A stretch of DNA of 64,000 nucleotides. Origin: a virus. A model generated the notes under the pieces. The model saw only the letters and a program-made list of their open reading frames with translations. It was not told the DNA's origin and made no database searches. The stretch lies in the IMG/VR virus record IMGVR_UViG_3300042945_003044, one strand, 5' to 3'. Positions 30,614-40,100 of the stretch are shown here, in pieces (within the stretch, counting starts at the first letter, position 1; the number at the start of each line of letters is the position of its first letter). Position numbers and translations under genes: made by a program.

Positions 30614-31990
30614 ATGGTACAATTCATAAATACACCCGACACCATTAGCTGTAACAGTATCTCTCTGTTTAGAAATTCTACTCCTAATACCTATACCTTT
30701 AACATGGATCTAGGATCGGGAGTTGGTCCTATAACCATTAATTATCATGCTAATCCTCCATGTGCGAGCGGAGAACTAAATTGCGGAACCTCGTTCGGAG
30801 ATCCAGAGCTGGCAGTACCCGACAAATTTACTGTGATATGGAATGGACAGAGCGTTACTAGTGGGTATAGGGGAGGTAGCGCATTCAACACCTCTCTTAC
30901 AAACAAGTTATTAGAGTTAGGCAGGCCGGTAGAAAATATATCCGGAAATGGTATTGGTTCGATCATACTAAACAAATCTTCTGCCGCACCCAATACCGCT
31001 ACGTTAGTTGTAGATAGCCCTATTATATCTGTCAGATGGTCTGTGGAAGTTCTGTGTGCTGGTCCTACGCCTACACCAACCATTACTAGCTCTAACACTC
31101 CTACCCCAACACCGACCGTTACTCGTACCAGTACCGCTACCCCTACCCCTTCAATCACCAGTACGGCAACCAGTACCGCCACCCCCACCCCGTCCATAAC
31201 CAGTACTGTTACTAGTACCGCTACTCCTACACCTTCTATAACCGGTACGGTTACCAGTACGCCAACACCAACCGTTACCCATACCGGTACCGCTACTCCT
31301 ACTCCTTCGATAACTAGTACTGTTACAGCTACGCCGACAGCGACCCCTACTGTAACACCATCTCCTACCGTTACAGTTAGTCCTTCTAATAATGTAATTA
31401 TACCGCCACATAGAAAATTACAAACACCAAAATTAAGCAGCGATTTATCATGCGGGACCGGGATCTTTTCCGGTTTACTAGGAGATGAGTTTCAAAGTCT
31501 TTTTAATAACGCTATAGACTCCTTATTAAATATTAATGCGTTATCTGTTCCTTGTATACTAAGATACGCCAACGCGTCTCAACAAAATAATTTATGTAAT
31601 AATTGTATTTATAGCACAACAACCCGCTCGTCATCTGGCAAATATTTGATAGGCGGTCCCGTACCATTTGCTGATGGGTCAGTATGTCCTATATGTGCTG
31701 GGAACGGTATTATTTCTAATTCCACTAGCGAAGAAATCGTTAATATGATGGTTATTTTCGATAGCAAATATTTTATGAATTGGTCTAATAAAAATACTAA
31801 TATAGTCGAAGGCATGGCTCAGTCCATATCATGTATTAGTCTATTGCCTAAACTAAGAAATGCTAGCGAAGTTATTTTTGATAAAGATATTAGCGCATTA
31901 GGTCATTATCGTTACGAAAGATATTCTGATCCCCAACCGGCTGGATTAGGACACAATAAATACGTTTTTACGATGTGGAAAAGAAAATGA
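30614..31990 (+). CDS. Putative neck/head-closure protein with N-terminal accessory beta domain and PT linker
   Basis: C-terminal domain with CNNC/CPIC pairs in the neck block; ~108-aa Thr/Pro linker; N-terminal PDKF.V..NG....SGY.G domain. Confidence 0.6.
   Translation: MVQFINTPDTISCNSISLFRNSTPNTYTFNMDLGSGVGPITINYHANPPCASGELNCGTSFGDPELAVPDKFTVIWNGQSVTSGYRGGSAFNTSLTNKLLELGRPVENISGNGIGSIILNKSSAAPNTATLVVDSPIISVRWSVEVLCAGPTPTPTITSSNTPTPTPTVTRTSTATPTPSITSTATSTATPTPSITSTVTSTATPTPSITGTVTSTPTPTVTHTGTATPTPSITSTVTATPTATPTVTPSPTVTVSPSNNVIIPPHRKLQTPKLSSDLSCGTGIFSGLLGDEFQSLFNNAIDSLLNINALSVPCILRYANASQQNNLCNNCIYSTTTRSSSGKYLIGGPVPFADGSVCPICAGNGIISNSTSEEIVNMMVIFDSKYFMNWSNKNTNIVEGMAQSISCISLLPKLRNASEVIFDKDISALGHYRYERYSDPQPAGLGHNKYVFTMWKRK
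31064..31387 (+). repeat. Pro/Thr-rich linker (TPTPSITST-like repeats)
   Basis: Degenerate ~42-bp period; protein-level repeat. Confidence 0.85.
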
Positions 31991-32631
31991 AAATTTCTCT
32001 CGCCCTATTAGAAACAAATAGTGAAATTAATAAGTCTATATTATCTGGCATAGCAGATCATATGAGAGAGACTATGGTTAAGTCTCAACCATCTATATTG
32101 GAAGATATTCGCGGTTTGATAAGAGATGCTTTGAAACAAGAACCAGAATACTCATCCTTAACAAGCGGTAAGCTACGAGCAGAGTTAGGTATTCCAAATC
32201 CGTCGATAGTGGATTCTATTGTCAACAAAATAGCAGACACAGTTACTATATCTATGAATCCTGTTAGGGCTACAAATAGAGGCGTTTTAGGCGGATTCAC
32301 ATTAACTGCCATATCTTCTCTAGATATCGGGGGTTTGATAGGAGATCCCGACGCTTTTGTTCAGGATAGCTTAAATGGTTATTCTTTACCTTGGCTAGAA
32401 TGGCTCATGCTAAGAGGTACTTCTGAGATAGTTAAAAATTATACCGTTGATATGACATCGAATCCTAATTCCAGAAGCGGTATGGCACTGATGGTTACAG
32501 ATACTAATTCGTGGAGAGTCCCTTCTGAATTTGCGGGAGTCGCAGAGAATAATTGGTCTACTAGAGCAATAGAGCGCATTGAAAAAAATATACCCACCAC
32601 TATTCAAACACATATTGAAAAGAATTTATGA
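31987..32631 (+). CDS. Putative tail completion/neck protein (HK97 gp10-like position)
   Basis: SGKLRAELG and PWLEWL..G motifs; position in the block; ATGA overlap sets the start at 31987. Confidence 0.5.
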   Translation: MKISLALLETNSEINKSILSGIADHMRETMVKSQPSILEDIRGLIRDALKQEPEYSSLTSGKLRAELGIPNPSIVDSIVNKIADTVTISMNPVRATNRGVLGGFTLTAISSLDIGGLIGDPDAFVQDSLNGYSLPWLEWLMLRGTSEIVKNYTVDMTSNPNSRSGMALMVTDTNSWRVPSEFAGVAENNWSTRAIERIEKNIPTTIQTHIEKNL

Positions 32632-33563
32632 CAAATCTATTTCATAATATTTCAGATATATCGTCTTCTCCTTCTATATCTACATTAGAAGAGAATATAA
32701 AACTATTTTTAGATTATGCCTTATTAGAAATTGGCGGATTTATCAATATTAATAAGCCATCATCTGGCGCTCAAACTCAAGGTCTTCATATCTTAAACTA
32801 TGTTAATGACCCAGCTATGCTAGGCAGGGTTTGGGAATCTAATAAAAAAGATTGGGTATATGAAACCGAAGTGGCTTATAATGGCGTTTCCCCCAATAGT
32901 CCGTCCGGAATTTATATAAATGACACATTTGTTCCCATAACCGACACAGGTCCTTTCTCATATAAGATTAACTATCCTTTGGGTAGAGTTGTTTTTAATA
33001 GTCCCATGAGCACTAGTCTAAAGGTTGAAGCAAGCTATTCGTATAGATATATTCAAACCTATATACCCGACAATGCCCCATGGTTTAAAGAAATACAAAA
33101 ACAGTCTTTTGACAAATCTCAGTTTCAATTTTTTGGCGATAGTTTCATAACAGCAAATCATAGGGTTCAACTACCTTGCATAATTATAGAACTAGCCCCT
33201 AGAACTATTCTAGCTCCATATGAACTAGGAAATGTTAAAAACTATATTACTCAAGACGTATTATTCCATATTCTAACAGAAAATACTAATAAGTCTAAAA
33301 ATATAGCCGATTTATTGTTAATGCAAAAAGATAATACTTTCAATCTACTAAATCTGAGAAAAATAGCTATTGATAACCTTTCTGATGTAGATTATATCGG
33401 CCAAAAAAATCCAAATAGACAGGCATATAGACTATTGTCTGAAAATATTAATTATATTACTAATAAATGCATTATAAAAAACTCTACTATAAATGGGTTT
33501 TCTTCGTTGACTAGTAATTTATATAGCACATTAGCAAGATGGACCATAGAGATTTTCCCCTGA
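32628..33563 (+). CDS. Putative tail terminator
   Basis: QLPCIIIE...PYELG...QDVLFHIL motif; lies immediately before the tube gene. Confidence 0.55.
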   Translation: MTNLFHNISDISSSPSISTLEENIKLFLDYALLEIGGFININKPSSGAQTQGLHILNYVNDPAMLGRVWESNKKDWVYETEVAYNGVSPNSPSGIYINDTFVPITDTGPFSYKINYPLGRVVFNSPMSTSLKVEASYSYRYIQTYIPDNAPWFKEIQKQSFDKSQFQFFGDSFITANHRVQLPCIIIELAPRTILAPYELGNVKNYITQDVLFHILTENTNKSKNIADLLLMQKDNTFNLLNLRKIAIDNLSDVDYIGQKNPNRQAYRLLSENINYITNKCIIKNSTINGFSSLTSNLYSTLARWTIEIFP

Positions 33564-33575
33564 TTTGATTTTTTA

Positions 33576-33587
33576 GGTGTATTTGAT
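33576..33587 (+). promoter_or_regulatory. GGTGTA-W-rich putative late promoter element
   Basis: Intergenic GGTGTATTTGAT, 48 nt before ATG 33624. Confidence 0.55.
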
Positions 33588-33623
33588 TATTGACCAAGCC
33601 AAAATTAACATGGAGATATTCAA

Positions 33624-34622
33624 ATGAGTAATAAAAGAATTTTTTACGCTTGCCAGGCAATCGAAATTCAGCCAATAGCCGCAAATGGTACAACAAGTAC
33701 AGCTGTTAAGCCCAAGGGTGTACAGAGCGTTGGAATGAACACCAACTTCAATCTCGAAAAGATCTTCCAGCTTGGTCAAATCGATCTTTATGATAATATC
33801 GAGAACAATCCCGAAGTTGAAATCACAGTCAATAAAGTATTTGACGGAACCGTACCTGTTTATCTTTTAGCGATGGGTGGCGGTCAGGTAGAGGGCAATA
33901 TAGGCGATTTTGCCAACAACAGAGCAAATGTTAAGCTTGGCATCTATAGTGATACCGGCGCCCTAGCTAGTGGCACAGCACAGCACACAGTAACATGCAC
34001 AGGCATGTATGTTTCCAGTGTTGGTTTTACCTTCCCAACCGATGGTAATGCTACAGAAGATGTTACCTTAGTTGGCAACAGTAAGACTTGGAGCGCTGGT
34101 GGTCTCAGTGCTTTCGTACCAAGTTCCGGCCCATACACAGCCCCAGCCACAGCTCGCAGATGGAAGTTCAATAGAGCAGAGAGCGTATTTCCTACTGGCG
34201 CAGGTGGTATAGGTAGTACCGCTCCTATTCAAAGCGTATCAGTAAATGCTGACTTTGGTAGAGAGTCTATTTACGAACTTGGTTCGTATACTCCATATCA
34301 TAGATACGTCAATTTCCCCGTTGAAGTCACTTCGGAAATTGAGGTTCTTGCTACTACTGGTGATTATTTAAACATCAGCGAAGCCACATATTCCTGCACC
34401 GGAACAGGAGAGGGTAGAGTACAAGATAAAGAAATTAAATTTGTTATTTGCGGTAGTGGCACAGGAGATAATCTAACTATCGATCTTGGCAAGAAAAACA
34501 AGATCACTTCTGTAAACTATCAAGGTGGAGATACTGGTGGTGGTAATGCTACAATTACTTATAGCTTTACTACAGATAACTACCTTAAGGTCACAGCAAA
34601 CGGCACCTTCGAGTCTGTTTAA
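33624..34622 (+). CDS. Major tail tube protein
   Basis: Internal duplication of the tube motif (GVQSVG..TNF.LE.IFQLG / IQSVSV..DFGRE.IYELG); GGAG RBS; position before chaperones and tape measure gene. Confidence 0.75.
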   Translation: MSNKRIFYACQAIEIQPIAANGTTSTAVKPKGVQSVGMNTNFNLEKIFQLGQIDLYDNIENNPEVEITVNKVFDGTVPVYLLAMGGGQVEGNIGDFANNRANVKLGIYSDTGALASGTAQHTVTCTGMYVSSVGFTFPTDGNATEDVTLVGNSKTWSAGGLSAFVPSSGPYTAPATARRWKFNRAESVFPTGAGGIGSTAPIQSVSVNADFGRESIYELGSYTPYHRYVNFPVEVTSEIEVLATTGDYLNISEATYSCTGTGEGRVQDKEIKFVICGSGTGDNLTIDLGKKNKITSVNYQGGDTGGGNATITYSFTTDNYLKVTANGTFESV

Positions 34623-34684
34623 TTTTTGGTTGATTCTAGTCGGTTATATAGGAATAAAAGGACGGACATTTATTAGGAGAATGT

Positions 34685-34828
34685 ATGGAAGAACTATTTC
34701 AGATTATAGGACGACTATATACCGATATGTATAATATGCAAAAGTATATGGAAGTATTACAGAATAAACTTAAAGAACAGGAACAGGAGCTTCTGGCGCT
34801 TAAAAATAAGGGCGCGCAAAACGACTAG
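34685..34828 (+). CDS. 47-aa coiled-coil protein, not in the ORF track
   Basis: AGGAG at 34675-34679; MEELFQIIGRLYTDMYNMQKYMEVLQNKLKEQEQELLALKNKGAQND-TAG; fills the gap before 34833. Confidence 0.7.
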   Translation: MEELFQIIGRLYTDMYNMQKYMEVLQNKLKEQEQELLALKNKGAQND

Positions 34829-34832
34829 ATAA

Positions 34833-35870
34833 ATGATTGATCCGGATATTGCTTTATCTTTATATAGAATTTTTACTGGGGCCCTATTTTTTTATTATGG
34901 TGGAGAGCAGTACGAACTAAGGTCTCCATCCAAAGAGATAAGATATAAAGCAGAGTTGTTATATAATAATATAATTAATGAAGAAAAATTTCATAATTGG
35001 ATTAGAGAAGAGAATCTTATTCCGACTATGATATCGTTAGGCGTTTGGCATATGAATACAGATAATTTGATCAAACAGCTAGAGAATAAATTAGATGCGT
35101 TAAAAGTTGACCTATATACTGATAGATTAAAGACTAAAGAAACCGAGAATAATAGAAAAAAAATTAAAACAACTCATAAAGAAATAAATAAAATAAGCAA
35201 CACCAAACTAAATTTTCAGGCCAATACCCTAGAAGGATATGCCAGCTCTATAAAGAACGAATATATAATATGTTCAACTTTATATAAAAATAATAAAAGG
35301 GTTTTTTCTAATTCGCCCAAAGACTCAGCCTCGTATGTTCATTTTAATAATATAGTAAACGAAATTAATTCCTATGTACTCTCTGTATCAGATTATAAGT
35401 CCATAGCCAGAAGCGCTTTATGGAAATCTTATTGGAATTGTGGGAATAAAACATCGATATTTTGTAAGTATACTATAGACTTGACAGATGAACAAAGGTC
35501 TTTATTAAATATTAGTAGAATGTATGACAGTATATATGAGCATCCAGAATGTCCAGAAGATATTGTTATAGAAGATGACGATATGCTGGATGGATGGATG
35601 ATTATCCAAAAGAAGAATAATGAACAGGCTAAAAAACAAAAATTAGGAAACAAAAACGCTAAGATAGAGAATGCTTCTGAAGTTTTTTTAATGACGGACG
35701 AACAGGATATTGGAAAGGTATTAGATCTAAATACCGATCAATCAAAATTTGTATTACAGGAAAAACTAGGATATATCAATAGCAATAAAGGATCGGAAGT
35801 AGAAGATTTTAATTTGCCGGATGTACAGAGAGACTTAATTACAAAAGCACAAAGCATGCGTAAACAATAA
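34833..35870 (+). CDS. Putative tail assembly chaperone (long form)
   Basis: Charged helical protein between tube and tape measure genes; N-terminal half paralogous to 36187. Confidence 0.55.
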   Translation: MIDPDIALSLYRIFTGALFFYYGGEQYELRSPSKEIRYKAELLYNNIINEEKFHNWIREENLIPTMISLGVWHMNTDNLIKQLENKLDALKVDLYTDRLKTKETENNRKKIKTTHKEINKISNTKLNFQANTLEGYASSIKNEYIICSTLYKNNKRVFSNSPKDSASYVHFNNIVNEINSYVLSVSDYKSIARSALWKSYWNCGNKTSIFCKYTIDLTDEQRSLLNISRMYDSIYEHPECPEDIVIEDDDMLDGWMIIQKKNNEQAKKQKLGNKNAKIENASEVFLMTDEQDIGKVLDLNTDQSKFVLQEKLGYINSNKGSEVEDFNLPDVQRDLITKAQSMRKQ

Positions 35871-35882
35871 GAGAAAGTTTTT

Positions 35883-36197
35883 ATGAAAAATAAACAAGAG
35901 CTAATCAAATCTATAGAGAAAAGAATACAAACTACTATGATAGGGGCTTTGGCCAGATTCGAAGAGAATTTTGGTCATTTATGGAATACAGAAGAGGATT
36001 CTGATGAGGCCGAAAGATTTTGGACAATTTGGGAAAACACCAGAAATCAAGTTTTGAATAATGGTAATAATCAGTTGAGATCAGCTTTAGACGATTTGGG
36101 GAATTATTTGTATAGCTCTGGCAAGCAAGATAAACACAAACATCCGTATCGATATAAATTCTATTTTAAAGATGGAGATAGCAGCAATGAAAACTAA
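35883..36197 (+). CDS. Hypothetical helical protein of the tail block
   Basis: 104-aa ORF, TTMIGAL..FE..FG.LW motif, tightly packed with neighbours. Confidence 0.65.
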   Translation: MKNKQELIKSIEKRIQTTMIGALARFEENFGHLWNTEEDSDEAERFWTIWENTRNQVLNNGNNQLRSALDDLGNYLYSSGKQDKHKHPYRYKFYFKDGDSSNEN

Positions 36198-37071
36198 AAC
36201 TTTTAAGGTTAAGATCAACGATAGTGATAGAGAAGTACTGGTTCGTACCCCTTCTTTAAATGACCAGAGAGAAGCTCAAAAGGTTTATAACCAGGCCTTT
36301 ACAGACGCTATAAAGAGCAAGAGCGTGGTTCGGGCCAAGCTCGATGACTTACTAGAAGATCAGGGACTATGGAATGCTGAAAAGCAAAAGAAGTTTAACG
36401 AGCTTCAAAAGGAGCTACTAGAGGGCGAAAAGAAACTAGCTAAGGGCGGATTTGGCCTAAATGAAGCTAAGGATCTTGCCATTCGCATGAAGGTTATTAG
36501 AGACGAAATCAGAGATTTAATAAGCGTACGAACCTCTTTAGATAACCATAGTGCAGAAGGACAGGCAGATAATGCTAGATTTAATTATTTAGTATCATCA
36601 TGCGTGGTGTATAATGATACCAAAGAGACTGTTTTTTCTAGCTTGGAAGACTATATGAATAGAGCCACAGAAGAGGTGGCAATATTGGCCGCCCAGAATT
36701 TGGCTAATATGTTATATGGTTTGGATAACGATTATGAATCTAACTTGCCAGAAAATAAGTTCCTTAAAAAGTATAGATTTGTTGATGATAAATTAAGACT
36801 AGTGGACAAAAAAGGAAGACTGATAGACGCGGAAGGCAGGCTAGTCAATGAAGACGGTAGATTTATTGATGAAGAAGGCAATTTTGTAGATAAGTTCGGC
36901 AATAAGGTAGATAAAGATGGTGATTATGTTGTTGACCCTCAACCGTTTTTAGATGAAAATGGAAATCCTGTCATTTTGGACGAAGCAAACAATGATAAAC
37001 AAGAACCAAATACTGAATCTGACAAGACTACAGATCAGTCATCAACAGAAAACACAGAGTCTACCACATAA
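36187..37071 (+). CDS. Putative tail assembly chaperone with acidic DxxG hairpin repeats
   Basis: ATG 36187 follows GGAG; last gene before the tape measure gene; LVDKKGRLIDAEGRLVNEDGRFIDEEGNFVDKFGNKVDKDG repeats. Confidence 0.6.
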   Translation: MKTKTFKVKINDSDREVLVRTPSLNDQREAQKVYNQAFTDAIKSKSVVRAKLDDLLEDQGLWNAEKQKKFNELQKELLEGEKKLAKGGFGLNEAKDLAIRMKVIRDEIRDLISVRTSLDNHSAEGQADNARFNYLVSSCVVYNDTKETVFSSLEDYMNRATEEVAILAAQNLANMLYGLDNDYESNLPENKFLKKYRFVDDKLRLVDKKGRLIDAEGRLVNEDGRFIDEEGNFVDKFGNKVDKDGDYVVDPQPFLDENGNPVILDEANNDKQEPNTESDKTTDQSSTENTESTT

Positions 37072-37100
37072 TTCTTTGTTGCTATCAGATAGTTTTCATT

Positions 37101-37145
37101 CAGAATCCCTAGCGTCTTTTATTGATTCTAGGGATTTTGTTTTTT
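37101..37145 (+). terminator. Rho-independent terminator-like hairpin
   Basis: AATCCCTAG (37104-37112) pairs with CTAGGGATT (37128-37136), followed by TTGTTTTTT. Confidence 0.7.
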
Positions 37146-37171
37146 ATTATCCTCCAATTGTATAAAATATT

Positions 37172-40100
37172 ATGTCACAATCGTTTAATTTAACAGCCCA
37201 GCTAAATTTAAGAGGACCATCTAATGTTAGAAATATTGTATCTGATATTAGAAGACAATTGGGGTCAATTTCCGCAGATGTGAACTTACGATTGGACCAA
37301 AATGCCTCACGCAATGTTACTCAGCTCAATGCTGCTTTAAGAAATCTTAACAATACTTTTGGCACTACTCAGACAGCGGCCAGAAATGCTGCAAATGCTA
37401 TTAGAGATTTTTCTCAGGCGGTCGGTAATGCCGGAGTGGCTAATTTACCAAGACAGCTCAATAATGTCGTTACCGCTACACAAAGAGTCGGAGCTACTAG
37501 CACCACAGCGGCCAGACAGTTAAATGTTGCTAGAACAGAAATGGAAGAGTTCGGAAGACAGTCGGCCTTAGCTATTAGAAGATTTGCTGCATTTAGCTTA
37601 GCCACCGGCGCCGTATTTTCTTTTACAGGAGCCATCAATAAAGGCATAGCCGCATTTATCGAGTTTGATAAAGAATTCGTTAAGCTGCAACAGGTTACAG
37701 GCGAATCTGCAGATGGTCTTAAGAGACTATCGAATACTATTACGTCATTATCTGTTGATTTTGGAGTAGCATCAGGAGACCTTATCAAAGTATCATCAAC
37801 ATTAGCCCAGGCCGGTTTAAGCGCCAAAGATACCGAGAGAGCATTAAAAGCATTGGCTCTTAGTGCTTTAGCTCCGTCTTTTGATGATATGAATAAAACG
37901 GTGGAAGGCTCTATTGCTTTGATGAGACAGTTCGGCATTGGAGCGTCTGATCTAGAAAAAGCGCTAGGCTCTGTTAACTCGGTTGCTGCCAGATTCGCAG
38001 TAGAAGCCAGCGATATTATAGCCGCTATTCAGCGTACTGGTGGAGTGTTCGCTTCTGCTAGTAATGGAGTTAGTCAGGGTACCGATGCTCTTAATGAGTT
38101 TATAGCGGTATTTACTAGTATACGAGCCACTACTCGTGAAAGCGCAGAAACTATTGCTACTGGTTTACGTACTATTTTTACTAGAGTTCAAAGAGGAGGA
38201 ACTATAGAGGCTCTGAAAGAATTCGGGGTTAATCTAACCGATGCAGAGGGCAAGTTCGTTGGAGCATATAAGGCTGTTGAGTTATTGTCTAGAGGATTAA
38301 ATCAAATAGATCCGAGAGATTTAAAGTTTTCTCAGATTGTTGAGGAGCTTGGCGGCTTCCGTCAGATCGGTAAGGTTATTCCATTAATTCAGCAATTCGG
38401 AACAGCCCAGGAAGCTTTGAAGGTAGCACAGACTGGGCAGGGGTCTTTGGCGGCAGACGCGGCAACAGCCCAGTTGTCCCTGGCTAATCAGATAGCCAAA
38501 GTAAGAGAAGAATTTACTGCTCTTGTAAGAGATATTGGTGGCTCAGATACTTTTCAGACACTGGCAAAGGGAGCGCTGCAGCTCGCTAGTGGTTTGATTC
38601 AAGTAGCGGATAGCGTTAAAGGAGTTTTGCCTATTCTTGGATTGATGATGGCCGTTAGAGGAGCTAGTGTAGCGACTCAATATGGTTCTGGTTTTATAGG
38701 AGGTCTTCGTAGAGGCAACGCTGGGGGAGCAGCTGCTCCTAGAAGAAATGCTTATGGGGGTTATATAAGTAGATATAAAAAAGGAGGACCAGTAGATGTT
38801 CCAGTTGCTTTGATGCCGGGAGAGGCCGTGGTATATCCTGAAGCGGTTAAAGAAGTAGGCGTATCTAAATTAAGAAAAATGAATTATGCAGACAGAAAAC
38901 CTATGGCCAAAGGAGGTAAGGTTGGATTGGTTCCAGGATCTGGCAATACCGATAGTTTTTATACTACTCTTCCAGAAGGTAGTTTTGTTATAAGAAAAAA
39001 GGCTACGGAAGCACTCGGTGGACCAGAAGGTATTTTAGGGTCTTCGGGTTATCAATACGGCGGTTCTGTGCAAAGATTCCGCGGAGGATCTTCTTCCGGT
39101 CTCAAGGAGACGCAAAGAACTCACATAGGACCAAAAGTTCCTCTTAGTTATCGAGAGGCGATGGCAGCGAAAAAAAGAGGCACCGGTTCACTAAAGGTGG
39201 TGAGTGGTAAAACAGAAAGACAAATTAATTTTGAACCCAATATATCTACGTTAATAAATCAGAGACTTAGAAGAAAGACAGGAAAAACTGGAGTTACTAA
39301 AAAAGAGTTAGTCGAAGACATCTCAAAAAGATCCCCCGAACAACTTTTTGGCGATGGAGGCGTACCATCTGTTATATTCAAAGAGTTGCTTGCATCAAAA
39401 AAGCTTGAGGGTCTTAAGACGGCCTTGTTGAGAGGTGTTAAGTCTAGATCTGTACCTCAGACTCTAAGATCAGACTCAGAATTAGACTTTATTCTGGAAA
39501 AGAATATTAAACCATATTTATCTAAAATTAATACTCAGGTCGGTAGTTTGTGGGATGAATTAATGCAGTACCAGGCGCTCACCAATCCTAGAGAGGTTGG
39601 TGGTCGTACAACCCTCCCAGCTGTTAAAAAGGTTTTAGGAAAATCTTTCGGCTCAACTTTTGCATCTGGAGGTCTTATACAAAAATTTGCCAGAGGTACC
39701 TCTAAGCCTTTGGAGGCCATGGGTAAGGCTGATTTACTTAAGGAAGCAGAAAGGCTAGGAGTCAATATTCCTATAGAGCTTAGACGTTTTCTAGATCCAA
39801 GAGCAAAGGGGTCTGAACAGACCAGAGCAAAGATCATTAAAGATCTACAAGAAAAAAGAACTATCACCAAAACATCCGAAGAGAATATTGCCAATAGGGC
39901 TAAAAACAGAAAATTAGCCGTTGTTGGACTACGAGGCGATACGTCCTCTTCTACCGTTACGACTCCGGGACTTAAAGATAAAACAGGAAGACAAAGATTA
40001 CGAGGGGTCCCAGCGACCCTGCAAACCGGCAGTCTACCAAATGATCTAGCGACACAAGTGGAAGATATTATACGTTCTCAATCAGAAAGCATAGTAGCTC

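Noticed and set aside
34525-34734. 69-aa ORF from the track overlapping the tube gene end
   Set aside because: Overlaps the tube gene out of frame; the 34685-34828 ORF has a better RBS spacing and fit.
39089-39658. His-Me-finger/HNH nuclease in the first tape-measure cargo segment (RTH...N)
   Set aside because: Only one His and one Asn loosely placed; too weak to call without a profile search.
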